This document shows positions 47,205 through 57,975 of a stretch of DNA of 64,000 nt, piece after piece; within the stretch, counting starts at the first letter, position 1, and every line of letters begins with the position of its first letter. This DNA is from Acidobacteriota bacterium (GTDB taxonomy: Bacteria > Acidobacteriota > UBA6911): NCBI GenBank assembly GCA_963664705.1, contig OY761556.1, positions 4,320,001-4,384,000 of the forward strand, given 5' to 3'. The translations under genes were made by a program, and so were the position numbers. The notes beneath the pieces were generated by a model. The model made no database searches and had not been told where the DNA came from. It was given only the letters and a program-made list of their open reading frames with translations.

Positions 47205-48628
47205 TGCGTTTTAAAGGCACGCTCATCCTGTTTGTCGTCTGCCTGCTTTTCGGCTGCTATGTGTATTTCTACGAAATCAAAGGAGGCGAGCAGCGCACCA
47301 AAGCCAAGGAAGCGGAAAACCAGGTCTGGAAGTTAGAAGCCAATACCGTTCAGCAGATCGATCTGTCATCCCCCAGCCTGCTTATCAGCGCGGTGCGTCA
47401 GAACGACAAGGACTGGATCCTCACGGCTCCCCAAAAATATGACGCGGATTCCGATGAACTGAACCGGCTCGCCGGTTCTGCCTCCAACATCCGGCGCGAA
47501 AATGTTGTCGATCCGAACGCGACCGATCTCGTCAAATTTGGCTTAAGCCCGGCCCGGGCAAGCTTGAAAGTCAAAACCAAGGATGGCAAGCAATATGCCA
47601 TCGATTTTGGAATCAACAACCCTACCGGAAGTTCAGCCTATGCCGTGATCCCGGGGAAAAAGGAAGTCTTCCTGGTATCGACAGCGACGGTAGGTGCTTT
47701 CGATAAAAAGACCGACGACTTGAGGAACCACAAAATCCTCGGTTTCGACCAGCCCGAAGTCCAGACATTGAACCTGTTGAGTTCGAAAGGAGACTTGCGG
47801 CTTAACAAAACAAGCGACGACCGATGGTGGATTATTGATAAAAACGAGACGGTTGCCGCCGACTCACCGGGGATTCGAGGAATCCTGAACACACTTTCCA
47901 TGGGACGCATCAAGGAATTTTTCAACGATGTTCCCGAAGAATACAAAACCCTGGGTTTTGATAAGCCAACAGTGGATGTTCTCCTTACTTACGGCAAGGA
48001 CAAAACGATTAGACACCTCGTGATTGGCATACCAAAATCGAGCCTTCACAAAAAGACACAGAGCGATTCCGGAAAGCCCTCCACGGACGGCTCTCCGGCG
48101 GATCTGTATCTAGCCAAGGACGAGTCCCGGCCGGATCTGTTTTTTATCGACAAGGAAACCGTCGATAAGCTGATGAAGGCGCGAAACGACATCCGGGATA
48201 AAGCTTTGGCATCCGTGCAGCGCTGGGATGTGGATTCTATCTTGCTGACCAACACCAAAGGCAGCTTTGCCTTTTCCAAATCGAATGGCGAATGGTTCGT
48301 GGCCGGAACCAAGAATAAGGCGAAATGGGATGGGATCAATGCCATCCTGGATGCCATGGAAAAGCCAGTAAAAGAATGGATTGACGCACCCTCTTCCCCT
48401 TCCACCTACGGTCTGGATAAACCCGCCATTCGGGTTGTCCTCAAGCAGGGGAGCACGGTGCTGGCGGATTGCTCGCTGGGCAAAGCAGGCAAAGATGGAA
48501 TCTACGCACAGATCAAAGGAGACTCCTCGGTGAAGGTCGCCGATCCGGATGGCCTCAGTGCCCTGGACAAGGGCGCATCCGACCTTGTGGAAACTCCGGC
48601 ACCACCCGCCGCGCCGGCAAAAAAATAG
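47204..48628 (+). CDS. DUF4340-like repeat protein
   Basis: N-terminal anchor; three repeats ending FGLSP/LGFDKP/YGLDKP; usual partner of GldAFG-like genes. Confidence 0.75.
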   Translation: MRFKGTLILFVVCLLFGCYVYFYEIKGGEQRTKAKEAENQVWKLEANTVQQIDLSSPSLLISAVRQNDKDWILTAPQKYDADSDELNRLAGSASNIRRENVVDPNATDLVKFGLSPARASLKVKTKDGKQYAIDFGINNPTGSSAYAVIPGKKEVFLVSTATVGAFDKKTDDLRNHKILGFDQPEVQTLNLLSSKGDLRLNKTSDDRWWIIDKNETVAADSPGIRGILNTLSMGRIKEFFNDVPEEYKTLGFDKPTVDVLLTYGKDKTIRHLVIGIPKSSLHKKTQSDSGKPSTDGSPADLYLAKDESRPDLFFIDKETVDKLMKARNDIRDKALASVQRWDVDSILLTNTKGSFAFSKSNGEWFVAGTKNKAKWDGINAILDAMEKPVKEWIDAPSSPSTYGLDKPAIRVVLKQGSTVLADCSLGKAGKDGIYAQIKGDSSVKVADPDGLSALDKGASDLVETPAPPAAPAKK

Positions 48629-48632
48629 TTCA

Positions 48633-48682
48633 CGGGAGGAATTGAAGATGCAGCGGATTCATTGCATCTTCAATTCTTCCCG
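48633..48682 (+). terminator. Long hairpin after the ABC operon
   Basis: cgggaggaattgaagatgca / tgcatcttcaattcttcccg. Confidence 0.65.
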
Positions 48683-48706
48683 ATTTCTGTGTTTGTCGAC
48701 AAGGAG

Positions 48707-48735
48707 TTGATATTTATTGCCTTGTCGGGTATACT
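48707..48735 (+). promoter_or_regulatory. Sigma-70 promoter of the rimP-nusA-infB operon
   Basis: TTGATA-N17-TATACT. Confidence 0.7.
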
Positions 48736-48754
48736 TCGAATGCTGCTTTTGTAC

Positions 48755-48780
48755 AAAGTGGGCGGGTGCCCACTTTTTTT
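48755..48780 (+). promoter_or_regulatory. rimP leader hairpin (attenuator-like)
   Basis: aaagtgggc-gggt-gcccacttttttt just upstream of rimP, matching the widespread rimP leader pattern. Confidence 0.75.
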
Positions 48781-48794
48781 GTTTAGGGCGTAAA

Positions 48795-49295
48795 ATGGCA
48801 GTATCGGATTCGGACCAGCAATCCCTGGAACCCAGAATTGTAACCCTGGCAGAAGAGATCGCAGCTTCGCTGGGAGTGGAAATAGTTCTGGTTGAAGTAA
48901 AGGGAGACGGAAACCGCTCCATAGTCCGGGTATATATCGATAAGCCCGGCGGCATAACGCTGGACGACTGTGAGCGATTCAGTAAACGTTTTTCGGTTAC
49001 GCTGGATGTAGAAGACTGGATTCACTTCAGCTATACGCTGGAGGTATCTTCTCCAGGAGTGAATCGTCCCCTGGTCAAGGAATCGGATTTTAAGCGTTAC
49101 GCGGGACAGAACGCAAAAGTGCGAACACGCACTCCTCTGCAGGGGCAGAGGAACTTCAAGGGTAAGATTATAGGCGTGACGGAAGGCCGGTTGGAGCTTG
49201 AAGTTGCCCCGGAGAAACAGGTCGGAATCGCCTTGATGGACATCGAAAAGGCCAATCTGATAGCAGAATTGAATCTTAGGCCGCAGGGGTCCTGA
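48795..49295 (+). CDS. rimP: Ribosome maturation factor RimP
   Basis: RVYIDKPGGITLDDCE, YTLEVSSPGVNRPL; upstream of nusA. Confidence 0.95.
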   Translation: MAVSDSDQQSLEPRIVTLAEEIAASLGVEIVLVEVKGDGNRSIVRVYIDKPGGITLDDCERFSKRFSVTLDVEDWIHFSYTLEVSSPGVNRPLVKESDFKRYAGQNAKVRTRTPLQGQRNFKGKIIGVTEGRLELEVAPEKQVGIALMDIEKANLIAELNLRPQGS

Positions 49296-49301
49296 TAAAT
49301 T

Positions 49302-50768
49302 ATGTCGAACATCATAGCTCAAACGATCGAACAGATTAGCAAAGAAAAAAATGTCGATCCGAAGATTATAATCAGTGCGCTGGAAGACGCGATGGTGGCT
49401 GCTTCCAGAAAGTTCTACAAGACCAACGAAGACATCAATGCCCGGTTCGATCCGGAAACCGGGATGGTCGAGATCTTTGCTGTAAGGCGTGTGGTGGAAA
49501 ACGTTGAGAACCCCAGCCTGGAAATTTCGCTGACCGACGCCAAGGAAATTGATGACACCCTTGAAATAGACGACACCGTAGAGATTCCTAAGCCTACAGA
49601 TGTACTGGGAAGGATTGCGGCACAAACGGCCAAGCAGGTCATATTGCAAAAGGTCCGGGAAGCAGAACGCCAGAACATCTACAACGAGTATTCCCAGAAG
49701 ATCGGCGAAATGGTCAACGGCATCGCGAAGAGATTCGAGGGGCCGGATATCATTGTAGACATCGGCAAAACTGAAGCGCTTTTGCCTTTGCGAGAACAAT
49801 CCCGAGTCGAAACCTACAAACAGGGCGAGCGGATTCGTGCGGTCATTGCCAAAGTGTTGCCTGTTGCCAAGGGACCCCAGGTAATTCTGTCGCGAGTCGA
49901 TCCGCAATTGCTGATTCGCCTGTTTGAAATGGAAATTCCAGAAATCTACGACGGCACGATCGTCGTCAAAAGCGCGGTTCACGAACCTGGCGACCGCGCC
50001 AAGGTTGCGGTGGCATCGCTCGACAGGGATGTTGATCCCGTCGGGGCATGCGTCGGCATGAAGGGATCGAGAATCAACTCCATCATTCGTGAACTCCGGG
50101 GAGAAAAGATCGACATCGTTCAGTGGTCGGATGACGCGGCCACCTATGCTGCCAATGCATTGAACCCGGCAAAAATTTCCAAGGTGCTGATTATCGACGC
50201 ATCCGAAAAACGGATGGAAGTTATCGTTGAGGAAAAGCAGCAATCGCTGGCCATCGGGAAAAAGGGCCAGAATGTCCGGCTTGCATCAAGACTGATTGGC
50301 TGGCAGATCGATGTAAAGAGTGAAGAACAGAAGAAGCAGGAAGTGCTCAGCGTCATGGAATCGCTAACCTCCTCCTCCACCTCTCTCTCGGAACTGGAAG
50401 GAGTCAGCGATCGGATGATCGAAAAACTGCGTGAAGCCGGGATTGAGAATGTGGAACGCATCCTGGAATTGGGTGAAGACAAGCTAAAGGATATTCCGGG
50501 TGTCGGCGAAAAAACGGCAGCCAAGATCATGGAAGCTGCACGCGATCTGTTTGAAGAGGTAGAGATAGAGGTTCCCGAAGGCATCGACCTTCCAACCGCG
50601 ATTCAGGCTTCGGAGGAATCCGGAGAAGCTGTGGAGGGATCCAACGGATCCGAGTCTGAGGAAAATGATGCCTTAAGCAGCGCTGCTGCAGAAGATACGC
50701 CGGAAACCGAAGCGGCATCGGAGGTAGCTGAGGCCACTGCGGAAGAGGGTGACGACAAGCAGGTTTGA
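49302..50768 (+). CDS. nusA: Transcription termination factor NusA
   Basis: GRIAAQTAKQV, EIPEIYDG, DPVGACVGMKGSR, LAIGKKGQNVRLAS. Confidence 0.97.
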   Translation: MSNIIAQTIEQISKEKNVDPKIIISALEDAMVAASRKFYKTNEDINARFDPETGMVEIFAVRRVVENVENPSLEISLTDAKEIDDTLEIDDTVEIPKPTDVLGRIAAQTAKQVILQKVREAERQNIYNEYSQKIGEMVNGIAKRFEGPDIIVDIGKTEALLPLREQSRVETYKQGERIRAVIAKVLPVAKGPQVILSRVDPQLLIRLFEMEIPEIYDGTIVVKSAVHEPGDRAKVAVASLDRDVDPVGACVGMKGSRINSIIRELRGEKIDIVQWSDDAATYAANALNPAKISKVLIIDASEKRMEVIVEEKQQSLAIGKKGQNVRLASRLIGWQIDVKSEEQKKQEVLSVMESLTSSSTSLSELEGVSDRMIEKLREAGIENVERILELGEDKLKDIPGVGEKTAAKIMEAARDLFEEVEIEVPEGIDLPTAIQASEESGEAVEGSNGSESEENDALSSAAAEDTPETEAASEVAEATAEEGDDKQV

Positions 50769-50917
50769 GGTCCAGAGGATCCCGGCCGGTGATCGTTAGC
50801 ATCTAAAGTTGTAGTCGGTGCCTGGTTGCAAACGGCATCATATCTGGTTTAAGATTTTGACTTTGTCTCGAACTACCGGAAGAGCTCAAAGCATACGGTA
50901 TAGAGGTCTTTGCGCAA

Positions 50918-53734
50918 ATGGATAAAATTACCGTCGCGGAACTGGCGACAGAATGTTCAGTAAAAAATCAGGTGGTCCTGGCTGAACTGAAGCGTCTGGG
51001 TCTGTATGTATTTTCGCCGACTGCGACGATCGACGTGAATTTCGCCGAGACAATTCGGAAAAAGATTCTCTCCCAGCGGGAAGCGGACGAAGCGAAAGCC
51101 CAGGAAGCGGAAAAGAAGAAAGAATCGGAAGCGGCAAAAAAAGTAGAGAAAAAGGCCGTCAAGAAAGTTGCTGCGCCTGCTCCTGAAGAACAGGTTGCCC
51201 CAGCGGCAACACCGACTCCGGCCGCCCCTCGGAAGGTCAAGAAGGCCCCCAAGGTAGAGAAGATAATCGAAGCCAAGCCTGAAGAGGTTTCTCCAAAGGC
51301 TTCTCTTGCCCCACGGAAGGGCCGTAAACATTATGACCGCGAGGCTGCGGAACTCGTCGATCAGGCAGCCGCCGTCAAACCTGGCGAAAAGCCGGAGGCA
51401 GCGCCGCTGGTCGAGCCGGTCCCGGAAGAGGCTGCTCCCGCGGTTGCATTAGAACAAGAGATCGCGGCGGCTCCGGTTGAAGTTGCCGAACCTGTCGCGA
51501 CTACGACTGCCGGTCCGGAACCGGTTCAAGCAGAAGCCGCGCCGGAGGAAATCACGCCGTCTCCCGAGGCGGAATCTGCTGTTCCTCCTGTTATCGCAAC
51601 GCCTGAACCTCCGCCAGTTGTTGAGCCTGTTTCTGAAACAGCCGGGCCTATGGAAGCAGCCGTACCCGCTTCTGTCTCGCCACAGGCCGCAAAAGCAGCA
51701 GAACCGCCGGCGCATCCCGGAGTTGTTTCCAAAAAGATTGTTGTACCAAAGGCAAAGACAAAGATATTGATGCGGACAAGCACGGAAAAAGTTGTAACGC
51801 CCGAAGTAACAGATCGAATTCTCAAAGGACTGCGCGTCGCACCGAGGCCCGCTCCGTCGAGAATCCCGACAGCCGCCCCAACCAGGTTTGTCAGGAAGAA
51901 GAGACCGGACAGGCCGGAGGTTCCGGAAAGGGCAGCCAGGGTTATAGAGCTGCCTCGACCACCCGCTTCCCCGGAAGATTTCAGGCCGATCGCAATTACG
52001 GAAGGGGTCACGATCAAAGACCTCGCGGAAAAAATGGACATCAAGTCCAAGTACATCATCCAGAAGCTCATATCCAGAGGGATCCTTGCATCCATCAACC
52101 AGGCTCTCGATGTTGAGGCCGCGAAAGAGGTTTGCGCGGAATTTGGATTCCGGGCCGATGTGATCAGCTTTGAGCAGGAAGCCGAAGCCAAACAGGAAAC
52201 GCCGGATAAGCCCGAGGACCATGTAACCCGACCGCCGGTTGTAACGATCATGGGGCACGTAGATCACGGCAAGACATCTCTTTTGGATGCCATCCGGGAA
52301 ACGAATGTGACCGCCACGGAAGCCGGTGGAATTACGCAACATATCGGTGCGTACCAGGTGGAGATTCGCGGACGCAGCATAACGTTCCTTGACACACCCG
52401 GTCACGAAGCCTTTACCATGATGCGTGCCCGCGGTGCCCAGGCAACAGATATCGTTGTTCTGGTGGTTGCCGCGGATGACGGCGTCATGCCGCAGACAGT
52501 TGAAGCCATTCATCACGCGAAGGCGGCCAACGTTCCAATCATTGTAGCCATTAACAAGATTGATAAGCCCGGGGCTCAACTGGATCGCGTCAAACAGGCT
52601 CTCGCGGATCAGGGATTGCTGGCGGAAGATTGGGGTGGAGACATTGTCACCGTTCCCGTATCGGCCAAGCAGAAGACAAATATCGATCTGCTGCTGGAAA
52701 TGATTCTTCTCGTCGCGGACATGAAGGACCTCAAGGCAAATCCGAAACGCCTCGCATCCGGAGTCGTTCTGGAAGCAAAGGTGGATAAAGGGCGCGGCTG
52801 TGTCGCTACGGTTTTGGTCCAGAACGGCTCGCTTGAAGTGGGCGACTCCCTTGTGGCCGGTTCGGTGCATGGACGCATCAGGGCACTGGTCAACGATCAC
52901 GGCAAGACCATCGACTCCGCCGGGCCGTCTATCCCCGTGGAAATCCAGGGACTCCAGGATCTGCCGATGGCGGGAGACATCTTCCAGGTATTCAAGGATG
53001 CCACCAAAGCACGACAGGTTGCAGAGTACAGGCAGGCAAGGGATCGTGAGCAGTCGCTGAGCAAGAGTTCCCGCCTGTCCCTCCAGGCTTTGTTCGAGCA
53101 AATGCGTGCAGGAACCGTCAAAGAACTCCCGCTCATTTTGAAAGGGGACGTACAGGGTTCGGTGGAAGTCGCCTCGGATATGCTCAATAAACTGGGCACC
53201 GAAAAAGCCAAAGTGCGGATCCTGCATAGTGGCGCCGGCGCAATAACCGAGACGGATGTGCTCCTTGCCTCTGCATCGAATGCAATTATTATCGGATTCA
53301 ATGTAAGGCCTGAACGAAAAGCTCAGGATCTTGCTGATTCCGAAGGCGTCGAGATACGGATGTACACGGTCATTTACAATCTGACCAATGACATCAAAGC
53401 TGCGATGATCGGGATGCTCGAATATACGACTCACGAAAAGTATGTCGGCAGGGCTGAGGTCCGCGACACTTTCCGGGTGCCCAAATTCGGGTTCATCGCC
53501 GGTTCCTATGTACTCGACGGTATCATCAAACGAAATTCCGAAGCGCGCCTCCTCCGGGACAACGCTGTCATTCACGAAGGGAAGATCACTTCCCTGCGCA
53601 GGTTCAAGGATGATGTCTCGGAAGTAAAATCCGGGTTCGAATGCGGCATCGGGTTTGAGCACTTCTCCGACGTAAAAGTGGGCGACATTATCGAAGCGTA
53701 TATCATCGAAAAGGTTCAACCCACCTCTCTCTAA
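50918..53734 (+). CDS. infB: Translation initiation factor IF-2
   Basis: [43 protein letters not shown]; Pro/Ala/Glu-rich N-terminal linker. Confidence 0.97.
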   Translation: MDKITVAELATECSVKNQVVLAELKRLGLYVFSPTATIDVNFAETIRKKILSQREADEAKAQEAEKKKESEAAKKVEKKAVKKVAAPAPEEQVAPAATPTPAAPRKVKKAPKVEKIIEAKPEEVSPKASLAPRKGRKHYDREAAELVDQAAAVKPGEKPEAAPLVEPVPEEAAPAVALEQEIAAAPVEVAEPVATTTAGPEPVQAEAAPEEITPSPEAESAVPPVIATPEPPPVVEPVSETAGPMEAAVPASVSPQAAKAAEPPAHPGVVSKKIVVPKAKTKILMRTSTEKVVTPEVTDRILKGLRVAPRPAPSRIPTAAPTRFVRKKRPDRPEVPERAARVIELPRPPASPEDFRPIAITEGVTIKDLAEKMDIKSKYIIQKLISRGILASINQALDVEAAKEVCAEFGFRADVISFEQEAEAKQETPDKPEDHVTRPPVVTIMGHVDHGKTSLLDAIRETNVTATEAGGITQHIGAYQVEIRGRSITFLDTPGHEAFTMMRARGAQATDIVVLVVAADDGVMPQTVEAIHHAKAANVPIIVAINKIDKPGAQLDRVKQALADQGLLAEDWGGDIVTVPVSAKQKTNIDLLLEMILLVADMKDLKANPKRLASGVVLEAKVDKGRGCVATVLVQNGSLEVGDSLVAGSVHGRIRALVNDHGKTIDSAGPSIPVEIQGLQDLPMAGDIFQVFKDATKARQVAEYRQARDREQSLSKSSRLSLQALFEQMRAGTVKELPLILKGDVQGSVEVASDMLNKLGTEKAKVRILHSGAGAITETDVLLASASNAIIIGFNVRPERKAQDLADSEGVEIRMYTVIYNLTNDIKAAMIGMLEYTTHEKYVGRAEVRDTFRVPKFGFIAGSYVLDGIIKRNSEARLLRDNAVIHEGKITSLRRFKDDVSEVKSGFECGIGFEHFSDVKVGDIIEAYIIEKVQPTSL

Positions 53735-53736
53735 TT

Positions 53737-53806
53737 ACGAATTACGAATTGCGAATGACGAATTGTGAGTTCATTCGTAATTCGTCATTCGTAATTCGTA
53801 ATTCGT
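53737..53806. repeat. Palindromic heptamer tandem array (ACGAATK x4 / MATTCGT x5)
   Basis: acgaatt acgaatt gcgaatg acgaatt gtgagtt cattcgt aattcgt cattcgt aattcgt aattcgt. Confidence 0.92.
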
Positions 53807-53809
53807 CAA

Positions 53810-54097
53810 ATGCCCATAGCATACTGCACTCTCGAGTTGTTCCTGCCGTATTCCCAATCTCTCAAGGAGAAACGGATGGTATTGCGCAAGGCGCAAGATC
53901 GGTTGCGCGCCAGATCAAACTTTTCCATTGCGGAGGTGGAGTTTCAGGACTTATGGCAGCGGTCAAAGCTCGCCGCAGTTACTGTCGGCGCCGATCATGC
54001 CGTACTGGAACGGGTGACGCAGCAGTTTGTACGGGAAGCGGAAGATACTCTTGCGGAGCTCCTAATCGATTGTCAGGTCACGTTTATTGATCCTTAA
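53810..54097 (+). CDS. DUF503 (YlxP-like) protein
   Basis: SLKEKR, NFSIAEV, QDLWQR; infB-DUF503-rbfA context. Confidence 0.88.
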   Translation: MPIAYCTLELFLPYSQSLKEKRMVLRKAQDRLRARSNFSIAEVEFQDLWQRSKLAAVTVGADHAVLERVTQQFVREAEDTLAELLIDCQVTFIDP

Positions 54098-54108
54098 GAA
54101 AGCAGACC

Positions 54109-54465
54109 ATGCAACCGTCTCGAAGACCACAAAGACTGGCACTGCAAATCCAGCAGGAAGTCAGCATGATGCTTTTCCGCGACATGAAAGACCGAAGAGT
54201 CGGGTTTGTCACGGTAACAGCCGTCCAGGTAAGTCCCGATCTCAGGCATGCCCGGATTTTCGTATCGCTGATGGGCCCGGAAGAAGAAAAGAATGAAGGT
54301 CTGGCCACACTGAATCACGCGACCGGATGGGTACGTCACGAACTTGGCCAGCGTATTCGCATGAGATTTGTACCCGAAATCGTTTTCCTAATGGATACAT
54401 CGCAGGAATATGGCGAGCACATTGACAGGCTCATCGATGAAATACACGAGCACAAGGACGAGTGA
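54109..54465 (+). CDS. rbfA: Ribosome-binding factor A
   Basis: VTVTAVQVSPDLRHARIF, RMRFVPEIVF. Confidence 0.95.
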   Translation: MQPSRRPQRLALQIQQEVSMMLFRDMKDRRVGFVTVTAVQVSPDLRHARIFVSLMGPEEEKNEGLATLNHATGWVRHELGQRIRMRFVPEIVFLMDTSQEYGEHIDRLIDEIHEHKDE

Positions 54466-54466
54466 A

Positions 54467-55381
54467 GTGAACGGGGTAGTCATTATAGATAAGCCGGCCG
54501 GATGGACGTCCCACGATGTGGTGGCAAAAATCCGGAATCTTGTCAAGGTGAAGAAGGTCGGGCATACCGGCACGCTGGATCCATTTGCGACCGGCGTTCT
54601 TCCCCTCACTCTGGGGAAAGCCACGCGTCTGACCAACTATTTTCTCTCGTCCGACAAGGTGTACCATGGCGTGATGCATTTCGGATATGCGACGACGACC
54701 TATGACATTGATGGTCAGCCGGTAGGAGAGGAAACCCGGCCGGAGCTGGACCTGGAAAAACTGCAGTCCATTTTTGGGCGATACCAGGGCACCCTGTCCC
54801 AAACCCTTCCCCCCTATTCCGCAAAAAAGGTACAAGGCAAACCCTTGTACGAATATGCGCGGAAGGGGATAGAAATGGCGCCCACCAAAAAAGAGGTCAC
54901 GATCAAAGGACTGCGCTTGATTTCCCTGAACGGCTGCGAGGTGGAGTTTGAACTCGCCTGCACAGCCGGAACCTATGCGCGCAGCCTGGCCCATGACATC
55001 GGTGCCGACTACGGGTGCGGCGCGCATCTGGTCCAATTGCGCCGCGTACGCAGCGGTGAATTCACAATCGACAATGCCGTTCTTCTGAACGAAGGAGAGC
55101 GTTTTCACCCCGGTGAGTTTTTTGTCGAAAAACTGATTCCCATGCGAAATCTACTCCCGGAAATGCCGGCCATTGTGATTTCGGAAGGCGATCGGAAAAA
55201 GCTTCTGCACGGCATGGACCTGAACCTCCTCACGGCAGAATGGAAATCCGACCAATACAGACTGATTGACGAATCCGGCGAACTGATCGCATTGGCAAAT
55301 CGCATCCAAACCTTTGCCTCTCCGGTCGAACAGCCGGCAAATTGGGTTCGCATCCATCCAATCGTCACATTTGGGGAATAA
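54467..55381 (+). CDS. truB: tRNA pseudouridine(55) synthase
   Basis: DKPAGWTSHDVV, GHTGTLDPFATGVL, PPYSAKK, GTYARSL. Confidence 0.95.
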   Translation: MNGVVIIDKPAGWTSHDVVAKIRNLVKVKKVGHTGTLDPFATGVLPLTLGKATRLTNYFLSSDKVYHGVMHFGYATTTYDIDGQPVGEETRPELDLEKLQSIFGRYQGTLSQTLPPYSAKKVQGKPLYEYARKGIEMAPTKKEVTIKGLRLISLNGCEVEFELACTAGTYARSLAHDIGADYGCGAHLVQLRRVRSGEFTIDNAVLLNEGERFHPGEFFVEKLIPMRNLLPEMPAIVISEGDRKKLLHGMDLNLLTAEWKSDQYRLIDESGELIALANRIQTFASPVEQPANWVRIHPIVTFGE

Positions 55382-55384
55382 CCC

Positions 55385-55432
55385 AATCCGTGAGATTCGT
55401 GGCAAACACAGCCGCCACAAATCCCACGGATT
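55385..55432. repeat. REP-like inverted repeat between convergent genes
   Basis: aatccgtgagattcgtggc / gccacaaatcccacggatt; same family as 20500-20551. Confidence 0.8.
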
Positions 55433-55440
55433 CTTCCCTA

Positions 55441-55731
55441 TCAGAGAACCAGTCTGTCTTTGATCCGCTGGAACTTCTTCTCTCCGATTCCCTTTACGTT
55501 AATGATCTCTTCAATCCGGTTGAATTTCCCTGCTTTGGTCCGATATTCCACGATGCTCTTTGCCGTCGCCGGGCCGATTCCGGGAAGGGACTGCAGTTGT
55601 TCCAAGGTTGCCGTGTTCAGGCTGATTTTTTCGGTTGCTGTCGGCGCGCTCTTCTGCGCCATCACTGAAAAAGAACTGAATACCAGACCCAGGCACAGCG
55701 CCAGGACGCAAGCGACTCTTGCTCTCTTCAT
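55441..55731 (-). CDS. comEA: ComEA-like helix-hairpin-helix DNA-binding protein
   Basis: Signal peptide, LNTATLEQLQSLPGIG, VKGIGEK; GGAGG RBS. Confidence 0.88.
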   Translation of the reverse strand: MKRARVACVLALCLGLVFSSFSVMAQKSAPTATEKISLNTATLEQLQSLPGIGPATAKSIVEYRTKAGKFNRIEEIINVKGIGEKKFQRIKDRLVL

Positions 55732-55929
55732 TGTTGCCTCCTTAGTAAGTGGATACCCGGGAGCCACGCATTTTGCTCCCCATATCTAATGGCGGCACAC
55801 CCACTTTGAGCCAAAAAAAGCCGGAAAAATCGATCGGGCTGCTTCGGCAAGTGCTCTGGAATCCGCGAACTGCATATGCCATAATGTTGCACGCAAGTTG
55901 ATTCCTGAAGATAAGGAAACAAACAGCCT

Positions 55930-57975
55930 ATGAAATGCAGTCTCGCACATTCGCTTAGGTGTTCTATTCTGTGCCTGGGTTTGCTGTCCTTATGTATGCC
56001 CATTTTTGCACAAAAAGAGAGGGTGCTAACTCCTCCTGGCCCCCCGGCCGGCAAGCCGATTAATCTCGACAAAGAGATCGAAACGCCGGTAACGGTCGAC
56101 CGCGCCGCCAGTTATTACCATTTCTCACTGGCAAAGTGGTATGAGGACGAGGGAAATATCCCCAAAGCCCTGTCTGAAATGCAAACCTCCCTGAAATACA
56201 ACCCAAACAGCCCTGGGGTGCACCTGGAAATTGCCTCTCTGCTGGAAAAATCCGGCAACGTCCGAGAAGCAATTGAGAACGCTCAGGAAGCGGCGAGACT
56301 GGATCCACAAGATGCCGATCCCCATTGGCTTCTGGCCAATATCTATTTTCACGCGCAAGACCGCGGAAATCCCCAGGAGTCCATCCAGAAGGCTATTCAG
56401 GAACTTGAAAAGCTGGTGGAACTCACGCCGGAAGATGAACGCGCTTACTTTGCCCTTGGTGGCGCCTACTTTGCCCTCAACAAGCCGGAAAAAGGCGTCG
56501 CTGCCTATGAAAAATTCCAAAGCCTTACAAGCATGGGAGATACTGGCTACCGTGAAATAGCCAGATATTACGAGCGGACCGGGAATGATGCAAAAGCCAT
56601 AGAATACCTGGTTAAGGGCTTGAAGATTAACCCGGACTCCACAGAAAGCCTGGCACTGCTGGCGGACTTGTATTCAAAACAGAACAAAAGCAAAGAAGCT
56701 ATTCCCCTGTACAAAAAGCTGATGGAACTGACGGGGAACAACCTGAATGTTGGCAGGAATCTGGCCGTAGCGCTCGTCGATAACGGCGAAAACGCCGATG
56801 CACTCAAGATACTCGATGAAATTGCCAAAAACCCGTCTTTGGCCAATGAAGGCAGTATTCAGATGTTGCGTGGCAAAGCACTATTCGGACTTCGAAAATT
56901 CCCGGAAGCTCTCACTGCTTTGCAATCCGTGGCGGATGCGGATCCCAACTCCATGGAAGCTCGCTTCTATACCGGCCGAATCTATGAGGAGACCGGAAAA
57001 TATACGGAAGCATCCAAAGTTTTTTCTGCGCTGCTGGATAAAACGGCAGGAACAAGCGAGGAGATGAAGAGCAACCGCCTGGTATTTCAGCAGCATCTTG
57101 CCGCCGATTACCTTGAATTGGGCAACCACGATAAAGCGATCGCCATCTATCAGGAAATGGCGCAGGCGGACCCGAAACGAGCGAACCCGCAGTTGTTAAA
57201 CGCCTACCGCACTGGCAAGGACTTTGCCAAAGCGCTTCCTCTAGGCAAGGATTTGTACCAGAAGAATCCCAATGACGTTGAGATCGCGGTCATCTATGCA
57301 CGAACGCTGGCCGATTCCGGCAAACCGAAGGATGGAGCCGAGATTCTATCCAAGCTGCTGCAATCCAATCCGGACAATATCGAGGTCTACGTCAACCTGA
57401 GCCAAATCTACCTGCAGGATAAACGCTATTCTGATGCGGAAAAAATTCTCCGGCGGGCTGAGGATAAAACGACCGACAAACAGAATAATGAACGGCTCAA
57501 AATCCAGTTGGCTGCCGTCTATGAAAGACAAAAGGATTTCGATCGCGCCGAATCCATTTTCAAAGACATCCTGAAGGTCAACCCTCAGAATGCGGTTGCA
57601 TTGAACTACATCGGATATATGCTGGCAGATCGGGGCGTACGCCTCGACGAAGCGGTTCGCTATGTTAAGGAAGCGCTGGCTATCGATCCTCAAAACGGTG
57701 CCTATCTTGACTCGCTTGGCTGGGCTTTCTTCAAACTGAACGATATGAAAAAGGCGGAGGAATATCTCCTGGCCGCGGACGAGTTGGTCAAAGACGATCC
57801 CACCATTGAAGAACATCTCGGTGATTTGTATTTCAAGACCGGGGATTTGGCAAAAGCCGAGGAATTCTGGAAAAAATCGGTAACCATCGGTACCGAACAG
57901 GAAGACGTTCAGAAGGTACGCCGAAAACTGGAATCACTTCAGGAAACCCTTCGCAAACAGAAATCAGGGAAGTGA
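55930..57975 (+). CDS. Exported tetratricopeptide repeat protein
   Basis: Signal peptide, many TPRs, ALNYIGY/AYLDSLGW/EHLGD terminal repeats; usual context upstream of ispE. Confidence 0.88.
   Translation: MKCSLAHSLRCSILCLGLLSLCMPIFAQKERVLTPPGPPAGKPINLDKEIETPVTVDRAASYYHFSLAKWYEDEGNIPKALSEMQTSLKYNPNSPGVHLEIASLLEKSGNVREAIENAQEAARLDPQDADPHWLLANIYFHAQDRGNPQESIQKAIQELEKLVELTPEDERAYFALGGAYFALNKPEKGVAAYEKFQSLTSMGDTGYREIARYYERTGNDAKAIEYLVKGLKINPDSTESLALLADLYSKQNKSKEAIPLYKKLMELTGNNLNVGRNLAVALVDNGENADALKILDEIAKNPSLANEGSIQMLRGKALFGLRKFPEALTALQSVADADPNSMEARFYTGRIYEETGKYTEASKVFSALLDKTAGTSEEMKSNRLVFQQHLAADYLELGNHDKAIAIYQEMAQADPKRANPQLLNAYRTGKDFAKALPLGKDLYQKNPNDVEIAVIYARTLADSGKPKDGAEILSKLLQSNPDNIEVYVNLSQIYLQDKRYSDAEKILRRAEDKTTDKQNNERLKIQLAAVYERQKDFDRAESIFKDILKVNPQNAVALNYIGYMLADRGVRLDEAVRYVKEALAIDPQNGAYLDSLGWAFFKLNDMKKAEEYLLAADELVKDDPTIEEHLGDLYFKTGDLAKAEEFWKKSVTIGTEQEDVQKVRRKLESLQETLRKQKSGK

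Noticed and set aside
48783-50243. 486-aa minus-strand ORF
   Set aside because: Antisense to rimP/nusA; shadow ORF.
51100-51980. Low-complexity Pro/Ala/Glu region in IF-2 as an insertion or intein
   Set aside because: Variable disordered N-terminal linkers are normal for IF-2; no intein motifs.
51449-53719. 756-aa minus-strand ORF
   Set aside because: Antisense shadow of infB; no recognisable motifs and atypical composition.
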